Assembly: GCA_020184695.1 (NCBI GenBank)
Contig: JAANOX010000033.1
Coordinates: forward strand, 374,676-438,675
Origin: Histomonas meleagridis 2922-C6/04-290x
Taxonomy: Eukaryota; Protista; Parabasalia
Direction of reading: 5' to 3'
Length of the DNA stretch: 64,000 nt
The notes below the pieces were generated by a model. It saw only the letters and a program-made list of their open reading frames with translations. It was not told the origin of the DNA and ran no database searches. Both the position numbers and the translations under genes were made by a program. Positions 11,367 to 21,487 of this stretch are shown one piece after another. The first letter of the stretch is position 1; the number at the start of each line of letters is the position of its first letter.

Positions 11367-12557
11367 ATGAAAGCCATTAACAGCAAAGATTTTTTGGAAA
11401 TTCTTCAATCTATCAAAGAAACAATTTTTAATCTAAATGAAAAAAATATTCCACAATCAGCACTTTCCATAATTGAGTTATTTGATGATGTTAACTCATA
11501 TTCTTTTTGTGTAATTATTATCCAAAATATATATTTATCATTTGCATTGCAAATTAACGATTCTGATATTTGTTTAAATTTCATTTCAGAATTTGAAAAA
11601 TTAGAGGAAACGAAAATCGGCTCATCAAAAATATTTGATATTTTCACTCAATTTCTTCTACGTAAATATACTCAAGAAGCATATTATCTACTTGAAATGA
11701 TGCTAGAACGAAATATTATTGATCGAGAAGTTGTTAAAACAATTCCATATTTTTCATTTTATCATCCACAAGGAGAAAAAGGCACTGTAGAATATTTTGG
11801 ATTTATAGATAAAATTATAAATGTTTCCGATAAAGATGTTGAACAAATCAAAAATAAGTTAAATGCACTTAAAAAAGATGATTGGACACTTCATAAGGAA
11901 TTAATTAAAGAAGGACATAATCCAAATGAAATTGCGAAAATAATACGAAATGATGAAATTGAAAAACTTCAAGAAATATCATCACAAACAAATTTTGATT
12001 TTGACCAAAAAATAGAACAATCACTTTATGAACGATCTTCATTTTTATATCAAGAAAATGTTGCATTAATTGATTACGCAGCATTTTTTGGATCAATTAA
12101 ATGCTTTAAATATTTGCTTATGAATGGTTCTGATATAGAAAATGCAGGTAAATATGCAATTGTAAGTGGAAATATTGAAATTATTCATTTGTGTGAACAA
12201 AATCATTCATAATTTATAGATGCATATGAAACAGCTATTAAATTTCATCGAAATGATATCTTTAAATATATTTATATTAATAAATTAAAAGAAATTAATA
12301 ATTTAGAAGAATTAGGTAAGAAATGTGTTACATTTAATAATTATGAAATTTTTTCATTTTTAGAAAAAGAAGGAATGAAAATTAATGATGAAATTATTGA
12401 TGAAGCTGCAGAAACTGGTAATTTATATCTTACGAAATATTTCATTGAATTTAATCAAATTCCAAAAAATATTTTAACATTCTCTTCTAAATCAGGAAAT
12501 ATTGAACTTGTTAAATATTTTATTGAAAAAAAAGTAAATGATATAAATTATATAAAT
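11367..12557 (+). CDS. N-terminal part of DUF3447-like/ankyrin gene 1, with one in-frame TAA at 12210-12212
   Basis: QSLYERSS..ALIDYAAFFGSIKCFKYLLMNG motif. The frame continues past the TAA into the 12375 ORF (same frame). Paralogous to 32582-33766. Confidence 0.65.
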
Positions 12558-14423
12558 TTTTATTTGTTTTGTTTAATATTTGTTTAAATAATTTGGAATT
12601 ATAAAATAATTTTTGGCATTTAATCAAAATGTTTGAAACAGCACTAATATTAGCTTCTCAAATTGGTTATGTAGATATTGTTAAATTACTCCTTGAACAA
12701 AAAGATATTGATGTTAATGCTAAAGATATTTATGAGTTTAATTTGGATTTTGTTTCATTCATTTACAAATTCAAAACAATATTTGAAAATTATTAAAAAT
12801 ATTTGATACAGCACTTATAATTGCTTCAATATTTGGTCATATTGATATTGTTAAATTGTTACTCAAACATAAAGGAATTGATATTAATGCTAAAAATAGT
12901 TGTAATTTTTATTTGAAATTTAATATTTTGGTTTCATATTTTATGATAATATTTGTATATAATATATATTAAATGGAACAGCACTTACTGAAGCAGTTTC
13001 AATGAAACAAGAAAAAGTTATTAAAATTCTTCTTGAACAGGAAGGAATTGATATTAATGCTAAAAATATTTATTTGTCTTATATAATATTTATTTTAATA
13101 ATTTAATATTTCAAAATAATATTTGGAAATTATTTAAATTATTTGAAACAGCACTTATGATAGCATCTAAAAGAGGTTATACAGAAATAGTTAAATTACT
13201 TCTTGAACAAGAAGGAATCGATATTAATGCCAAAGATATTTATTTGTTTTATTCGATATTTATATATCAAAATAATATTTGGAAATTATTAAAATTATTT
13301 GAAACAGCACTTATTTTAGCATCTCAAAATGGTTATATAGAAATTGTTAAATTACTTCTTGAACAAAAAGGAATTGATATTAATGCTAAAAATATTTATT
13401 TGCTTTATTTAAAATTTATTTTAATAATATGACATTACAAAATAATAATTGGAAATTATTTAAATTATTTGAAACAGCACTTATTTTGGCATCTTATGGT
13501 GGTCATATAGAAATAGTTAAATTACTTCTTGAACAAGAAGGAATTGATATTAATGCTAAAAATATTTATTTGTTTTATTTAATATTTATTTTTATTATTT
13601 TATATTTCGAAATAATATTTGGAAATTATTTAAATTATTTGATACAGCACTTATTATAGCATCTTCTTATGGTAGAACAGAAATCGTTAAATTACTTCTT
13701 GAACAAGAAGGAATTGATATTAATGCTAAAGATATTTATTTGTCTTATATAATATTTATTTTAATAATTTGATATTTCAAAATAATATTTGGAAATTATT
13801 TAAAATATTTAGAACAGCACTTATTTTAGCATCTTCAAATGGTCAAATAGAAATACTTAAAATACTTCTTGAACAAAAAGGAATTAATATTAATGCTAAA
13901 GATAAAATTTATTTTAATAATTTTATATTTCAAAATAATATTTGGAAATTATTTAAATTATCTGAAACAGCACTTATTATAGCATCTTCAAATGGTCATA
14001 CAGAAATAGTTAAATTACTTCTTGAACAAGAAGGAATTGATATTAATGCTAAAGATATTTATTTGTTTTATATATAATTTATTTTAATAATTTGATATTT
14101 CAAAATAATATTTGGAAATTATTTAAATTATTTAATACAGCACTTATAAATGCATCTTATTATGGTTACACAGAAATAGTTAAATTACTTCTTGAACAAG
14201 AAGGAATTGATATTAATGCTAAAAATATTTTTTTGTTTTATTTAAAGTATTTTTAAAAAATATGAAATTTCATATAAACATTTGGAATTACTTATAAACA
14301 TATAAAACAGCGCTTATGATAGCATCAGAAAAGAAAAATGCAGAAATTATTAGATTATTTGCAGACAAAATTCAACATCATAAATGTGACGACATAATAA
14401 AATTAAAAGATTCTCAAGGATAA
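12558..14423 (+). repeat. Interrupted ankyrin array 1: 11 modules of 90 nt with spacers of mostly 80 nt (170-bp period)
   Basis: Module starts (ACA GCA CTT = TAL) at 12638, 12808, 12978, 13148, 13304, 13474, 13644, 13814, 13967, 14137 and 14307. The last module reads to TAA at 14421-14423. Confidence 0.92.

Positions 14424-14427
<4 letters not shown>

Positions 14428-14521
<94 letters not shown>
14428..14521. repeat. Poly-T tract of 94 nt (poly-A on the minus strand)
   Basis: Uninterrupted T run counted directly. Confidence 0.95.
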
Positions 14522-14522
<1 letters not shown>

Positions 14523-14619
14523 AATCAAAATTTGATAAATAGAATATTTTATATCATATTTCATTGTATGATTTTCATATAATTTGATGATAATTTTTGT
14601 GAAAAATGCAAAAAAGGAT

Positions 14620-15010
14620 AATATATACATTTAGATTGAAAACAATTATGAAATGCAAATTCTTCATTGAACATTTCTTTTAACATGAATCATGGTTAAA
14701 CTTGTCCATCACTCAAATGCGTAATTTCCAAATCGTTTTTTATTTTTATTTGTTACCAATAATAACAGTTTCCAATGAATTCACTCGAAATTGATGAATA
14801 TTAATTGTTTCAATATTTTCTTAAAAATCAGAGAATAATTACCAATTGATACAATTTAGTTAGGTATCATTATCGAACACATTTTACTACAGTAACAAAA
14901 TGTATTTTCTCCAATTTGTGTAATATTTCCATCTATTTTAAATGTTTCTAAATTGGTGCAATAACAAATTACAGAGGCTCCTTGTGATGTAAGTATATTT
15001 GGTTCTTCAA
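14620..15010 (-). pseudogene. Degenerate BspA-like LRR fragment
   Basis: Minus strand reads DGNITQIGENTFCYCSKMCSIMIPN*IVSIGNY and RFGNYAFE*WTSLTMI, which are TpLRR-like with stops. Confidence 0.55.
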
Positions 15011-15165
15011 TTGAATATTTTTTTTAAAAATTATTTACTGTTAAACTAACACAATATTGAAATGAAAATTCACCGACTAGACATCGAAAATTGTAAATTA
15101 TTTTTTAATTACTTAAACAAATAATATTATTTATTAAAAACAAAAGATGCTTTCAAACAAGCTTT

Positions 15166-16860
15166 TTAGCCATTTTTCTCTTCCAAACGTTCTTCTCCGT
15201 CAAAAATCATTTTTATCACTTCATTCATTTCTTCCAATTTCTTCTTTTCTAACAATTTCATAACATTATTTACATCGCCCGAAGAAGCTAATAACAAAAT
15301 CTCTTTATCAATTTTTCCTTCATGATCCAAATGAGAAACAAATTCTTTTTTTGATTTGGATACATATTCAATTTCATCATCGCACATCTTTTTGTATTAA
15401 TAGTTCCACAGCTTTAATACCGAAATTAGAAACAGTTAAAAGCATGCAACCACTTATAATATCATTATTCTCGATTAATGATAACCCAACACTTCTTAAC
15501 AAATCAGCAGAAGGTTTACTTATTTCTAAACCTAAAAAAATGCTGCTGTCATAGCACATAATGGATAAAGCTCATTTTTTGATCTAAAAATTTAATAAAC
15601 TTAGTTTCGCTTTATCGAATTCTTTCATCATTATAAGTAATGTAATTTCCAGAAATAAATTTTTTTAAAGAAGTCGAATTCTTTAATAATTCTGTTTTGA
15701 ATGAAATAGCATTTATTATTTGATCTTTATTTCCATAATAAGCTAAGTTTAAAGGAAGTTTCGAGTTATTAAAAAAATGTAAAAATTTTGAAAACAAAGA
15801 AAACCCAAAAATAAAATCCGTTTTCTTTTGAAGTTTTTTTAGCTCAAAAATTCATTATTTTTCTTATTAATTAAAATCGACCAATTTTCTAAATCAACGA
15901 TTTTAATTGCATAATCTTCTGTTTCCAATAAAACAAATCCTTTTCCAGTTGGAGCGAATTTTAATACTACAAATGGACATATAAAAATTGTCTTATAATA
16001 ATAACCAAGTTTTCCTTCTGATGAATGAATGAAGAGTCCATTACCATTTTCTTCATAAAGAACAGTTTTAACTTTCGGTATATTACTTTGGACACAACGC
16101 GATTCCGAAGAATTTAAATTAAAAAATGCAATTCTCCCAAATGTATCAGCTACAACAATTTGCGACTTTTTCCATGAAATAGAAATCGGTTCAACTAAAT
16201 CATCTGTACAACGTAATTTCATAATTGGCGTTGTGTTTGTTATGGAAAATATGAATTTGGCGATTTTTTAAAAGTACTGCAAAATTTGGTGAATCTGTTT
16301 TAAATCGTGAGATTTTTGTTTCATTATATTTATATTGGATGCAAACAGAAAGAATTCGCGATGTAAACCAATAAGGTCTTTCATAATACAAAAAATTATT
16401 ATTAGTACGTACACCAATAGATTTTTTATTTCTTTTTATTATAAAGATATCATTATATGAAGCAAAAAGTTCATTCAAAATATTTCCTTTATTATGTAAT
16501 GTGATTATATTATGATTATTTAAATCGATTTTACCAAAAGTTTTATTAGAACACCAAAAAAATTGAAGAAGAATTAATAAATTTTACGTTTTCAATTGGT
16601 AATTCTGAAACTTTATATTTGTATCTAATATAATTTGTTTTATTGTTTGTAATAATTATATTTCCATCATTTGTGCCAAATTCTGTAGTTTCAGTGAGAA
16701 AATCAAATGATGTATAATTATGTGGAATCATTTGAGTTATATTTGTAATTAAAAAATTGTTTTTTGTGATTTTTATCATTAAGAAATATTTATTAGAAAT
16801 GTAAATCAACAAATGTTTAGAGAAATGTTTACAATAATTTAATAAAATATAATTAAAATG
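15166..16860 (-). pseudogene. Fragmented WD40-type gene, possibly WDR11-like
   Basis: Six consecutive short minus-strand ORFs with WD-like segments (FGTNDGNI, VVADTFGRIAFF, VLKFAPTG) and a helical C-terminus (ILLLASSGDVNNVMKLL). The family guess is weak. Confidence 0.45.
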
Positions 16861-16904
16861 AATCGTTCCAATTCCAGGTAAAATTATTTTAGCAATACAA
16901 ATAT

Positions 16905-17698
16905 TGAGCTTATAAATTATACTTTAGAACAAAAAGGAATTGATATTAATGCTAAAGATATTTATTTGTTTTATTTGAAATTTATTTTAATAATTTGATA
17001 TCTTAAAATAATATTTAGAAATTATTTAAAATATTTTATACAGCACTTATTAAAGCATCTGCAAAAGGTCATATAGAAATAGTTAAATTACTTCTTGAAC
17101 AAAAAGGAATTGATATTAATGATAAAAATATTTATTTGTTTTATTTTATATTTATTTTGATAATTTTATATTTCAAAATAATATTTGGAAATTATTTAAA
17201 ATATTTGAAACAGCACTTATGGAAGCATCTGCAAAAGGTCATATAGAAATAGTTAAATTACTTCTTGAACAAAAAGGAATTGATATTAATGATAAAAATA
17301 TTTATTTGTTTTATTCGATATTTATTTTAATAATTTGATATTTCAAAAATAATATTTGGAAATTATTTAAATTATTTAAAACAGCACTTATGGAAGCATC
17401 TGAAAATGGTCGTACAGAAATCGTTAAATTACTTCTTGAACAAAAAGGAATTGATATTAATGCTAAAAATAAAATTTATTTTGATAATTTGATATTTCAA
17501 AATAATATTTGGAAATTATTTAAATTATCTGAAACAGCACTTATGAAAGCATCTTCAAATGGTCATACAGAAATTGTTAAATTACTTCTTGAACAAAAAG
17601 GAATTGATATTAATGCTAAAGATATTTATTTAATTGAACTGATATTCCTTTTAATAATTTGGGATTTAATGATATTTTTTGAAATTGCACTTAATTAA
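16905..17698 (+). repeat. Interrupted ankyrin array 3 (orphan, no intact N-terminal domain): 4 full modules
   Basis: Module starts at 17040, 17210, 17381 and 17534, with the same spacer consensus. Confidence 0.88.
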
Positions 17699-18616
17699 GC
17701 TTCTGATGAATGCCATTAAAAAATACTAAAATTATTTATAGAAAGAAAAAAAGAAGAACTTTTCTCTCTACCTTTGCATAAAATATCTTCATTTTTAAAA
17801 TGTTTGTAAATTTTAATAATTGGAAAAATAAAAGAAAATCATTTGGTTTATGAGGAAAAAAAAATGGGGAAAAAAATTCACATAAACTCATTTTTAATAA
17901 CGAAAGATTTTTTAATTAAATCGAAACCATTGTGGAAGAATTTTTATGTAGCCCTATCCCAAAAAACTGTCTTTACAAAAGATTTTAAACAAGAAACTGG
18001 AAAAATTGAATAATCAACAAAAATTTTTTACAGCTGTCGGCCATTGGAAGCTAAAAATTGTACACTTTTTAACACAAAAATATATGATCGTCTTTTAGGC
18101 ATTAAAACTGTCCGTTGTACATTAAGAAATTGTTCACTTTTTAACGTTTTTTGCCAGGACATTAATTTTTATCCATCGGCCTTTAAAAATGTCCACTTTT
18201 AACCGTTGGGGAAAATATTAAATGCTTTATAAATATTCAAAAAACAAGAGTATCGCACCTTTTTATTTCAGACTTTAAAATGAAGGAAATTGATGTTGGC
18301 CATAAATCGATGTTTATCTCATTATAAATGGAATATATCAAGATACGTTCAAATTATTATTATTAATTTTTTATCACATATATATGTACTATATAAAAAT
18401 ATTAATATTTAAGAAGAGCTTACCAGTCACAAGATCTCCATTTTTCGTAATATCACTTTTTCTCCAAAACGTACAGAAAAAATCCCTAAAATCGCTGTTC
18501 ATAAATATATATGTATATTCCTCTATCTATGTATAAGTTTCGAGAAATTTCGTAAAATTTATTTTGACTGCACCTCTGCATCTCCATCTAAAATATAAAA
18601 TAATTTTTTTCAGTTT

Positions 18617-19275
18617 TTAACAATAAGAACAAGAATTATTGTTTTCTGTATCCAAAGAAGCAGGTAGAGGTAAAATTTCAAATTCATCAGGGATTGGTGG
18701 TCTTTTTTTGATGCATTGTCGAATAATTGATTCCATTGCAATTTGAACATTTTCACCTGTTTGAGCAGAAACTTCATAAAAAAGTTTGATGCCATTCATT
18801 TGTGCAAATTTGAGTGAGATTGAATTTTGAACATTCTTTTGTGGAAGATCTGCTTTATTTCCAAGTAGAAGAAACGGGTAATCTTCTGGATCCATGATAT
18901 TCAGGTGTTTACAAAATTCGTTTTTCCATTTTTCAAGCATGTCAAGTGAATTAATGTTCGAAATGTCATAGACCAGAACGCATCCATCAGAACCACGATA
19001 AAATACCTCATCTAAACCAAAACGATCTCTCCTATTTGGTTCATCTATGAAACATCTAATATTTTTCCCGTCAATTTTGAATGTTTTGTAATATAAATCA
19101 AGACCAATTGTTGCGTATTTACGGTTTGTCATTTCATGCTCAAATATTTTTTTATACAAAGTTGATTTTCCAACATTTGGTTCTCCAAGAATAACAATTT
19201 TGTAATACACAAAAACAATACGCTGTGAACCAAATAAACGGTCGTTTCAAATCAAAAAATCAATTTTTTTCTCAT
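18617..19275 (-). CDS. Rab7-like small GTPase; 5' end requires an unusual start or an intron
   Basis: G1 GEPNVGKST, YRGSDGCVLVYDI, G4 GNKAD, G5 EVSAQ, C-terminal CSYC prenylation motif. No in-frame ATG exists; the ATG at 19275 lies out of frame, behind an Inr-like TCAGT. Confidence 0.85.
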
Positions 19276-19280
19276 TTTCC

Positions 19281-19285
19281 ACTGA
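19281..19285 (-). promoter_or_regulatory. Initiator (Inr)-like element
   Basis: TCAGT 5 nt upstream of the ATG at 19275; trichomonad Inr is TCA+1Y(T/A)-like and lies close to the ATG. Confidence 0.35.
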
Positions 19286-19727
19286 ACTAAATTTAAAGAA
19301 ATATAAATAAATAGATATATATTATATTCAATAAAATTATCTTAACCAAATTTTGTTATCTTATTTTTTTTATGAGCAATCCTCAAAATTTCATCAGGCT
19401 TTTTTGGGCTTTAGGATTAAAACCAGAAGTTCAAATTCGAAATATATATAGAACTAATAATGGTTAATATTAATTTATATAATTTTTGTTTTTTAGTTTT
19501 CATTCTGTTTTGAAGTTACACAGAATTTTCAATATCTAAATATCAGAGCAAAAATTGAAAAATCTGTCTTTGCAATTTTTTATAATTTATTTATTCTATA
19601 AATAGGATAATTCTAGAAACAATTTATTTATTGGAGGCTCTGTAACGCAAAGAAGAACGAACTTCTGTGCAGAGTTTTAAGAAATTATTATCGAATTAAA
19701 GAAAAATATATTTTTATTTTTTCATTT

Positions 19728-20909
19728 CTAAGAAAGGTTTAACACAGCAAGCATATCTTCTCTATGGTGTATTACAGCCATTGCATCACCGATATAAACG
19801 GTGAACAATGGGGGCGGGTCCTTTTCGGGGTACCCCAAAAACGCCAAAATTGTTCTTTTTTCCGCAACGTAACAAACGCCGAACGAGTGAATTCTTGGTA
19901 GCATAAACAAACCTTGTTCACTCACGGATCCATCTGATATAGATACTGATTCGCCATCTGGCATCACATGAAACACAAACCACCAAAGACGCTGTATGTC
20001 ACACGCGTACATTAGTGTCCATTTGTTATTCGCTTTTCCTCCGAAATAAAAAAGATATTTCTCAACAAGTACCATACCAGCAGATGATGATTGACTTGGC
20101 GGTGGCGCACCAATGCATTCTCTTACTGCCATTTCGTATGTTTCCATGTTTAAACATAGAAAACCACCAAGTTTACTTCCGCCATAACTATATAAAATGT
20201 TATCAACAGGAACAAATGGAACTGCGGCACGGCCTGAGATCTGTTGAGGAACTTGACTCCATGTCATTGTTTGTAAATCTAAAACGTTGAGCTCATTTGG
20301 CCATTCGCCATTAAACCCACCCCATACAAAAAACTTATTATTACCAATGCAGACAATTGGTGATGACCGTGGTGATGGTGGGGTGCCTTGCGTTTGAACC
20401 ATAACTACTTCCCCTGTGGTAATATCTATTGTATGAAGATCTGAAAAATAGTTTGGATTACAATAACCGCCAAAAATTACAATGTGTGTTCCAATAAGAC
20501 ATGCGCGGGAGCCACTGCGTGGGCAAATTTGAGCCCCATAAAGTTTGATTTCGCGCCAATTATATGTGAGCGTGTCAAGAGCCCAGAAATCATTTAGCGG
20601 TTGTTCTGATTGAGTAATGCCATATCCTATGTAAACTGTATGATTTGGTGGATCATAACAATAAAAATGACCTGTTCGAGGAACAGGTCCTAGATTATTT
20701 GCAGTGGTCACAGACCAAATTCCTGTATATCCTGTTTTCAAAACATTTACGCGATGGATGGTTTTACAGTTTGTATTTGGTTTAAGAATATCAGATGAAT
20801 TTCTTTCATCATTCATTCTAGAAGCACCAACTGGTATATATAGGTCTTCTGTAAAAGGGTGAACAAAATTTGATGTATCTGCATAAGGATTACTTGGTTG
20901 GAGACCCAT
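19728..20909 (-). CDS. Kelch-repeat protein, 393 aa, possible N-myristoylation
   Basis: Repeated GG/FGG and PxPR.H/S Kelch motifs (PVPRTGH, ICPRSGS, IFGGY, VWGGF, YFGG); N-terminus MGLQPS. Confidence 0.85.
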   Translation of the reverse strand: MGLQPSNPYADTSNFVHPFTEDLYIPVGASRMNDERNSSDILKPNTNCKTIHRVNVLKTGYTGIWSVTTANNLGPVPRTGHFYCYDPPNHTVYIGYGITQSEQPLNDFWALDTLTYNWREIKLYGAQICPRSGSRACLIGTHIVIFGGYCNPNYFSDLHTIDITTGEVVMVQTQGTPPSPRSSPIVCIGNNKFFVWGGFNGEWPNELNVLDLQTMTWSQVPQQISGRAAVPFVPVDNILYSYGGSKLGGFLCLNMETYEMAVRECIGAPPPSQSSSAGMVLVEKYLFYFGGKANNKWTLMYACDIQRLWWFVFHVMPDGESVSISDGSVSEQGLFMLPRIHSFGVCYVAEKRTILAFLGYPEKDPPPLFTVYIGDAMAVIHHREDMLAVLNLS

Positions 20910-21487
20910 TGCCTTACCTCGCGATAATAACCGCCATAAATTTCAACATTAAACGGGTTTGTTAGAAAGAAAAGAAAAGAGAATATAAGGGAAACTAAAA
21001 ACTAAATGAGGAAATAGTGATGTTTTTTATCTAAAAGGATGGTGTTTAATTCATAATTGTTATTTTTTTAATTTGAAACACTGATGAAATCATGTTTTTT
21101 CATGATGCTCTTGAGTCCGATAATTATGTTATTGGCGCATTGAATTATCCATTTAAACTTTTTGACAGTTTTCAATTGCTCACTTTTGGAAGAACACATG
21201 TGTTCGTGACAGTGTCACTTTTTCATCTCAGAAAATAAATTTACAACAAATCACAATTTACACATTTTCGTTTTTTTATTGATTCTACAATTAAAGATTT
21301 CCTTTGACTCCACAGTTCACTCATACAATTTCCATCATATATTTCATATGATTTTATTATATTGTAAAATGAAAACATAATCCTTAAATTTAAAGGGGAA
21401 AATAAACATTTTAATAATAATATAACGACCAAGTACATTTTAAATTAATTTAAAAAAATCATTAGATTTCTCAAATTTCTAATAATT

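Noticed and set aside
12558-14423. Ankyrin spacers as simple AT-AC or GT-AG introns
   Set aside because: Excising from the invariant AT (D/N codon) to AC (T codon) shifts the frame. AT..ACAG keeps the frame but leaves 28-aa repeats lacking D and T. The internal GT (TT|GT) is in the wrong phase for the ACAG acceptor and is missing in several units. There is no ACTAAC or U12 consensus.
14403-14630. Poly-Lys ORF in the track
   Set aside because: It is a translation of the 94-nt homopolymer.
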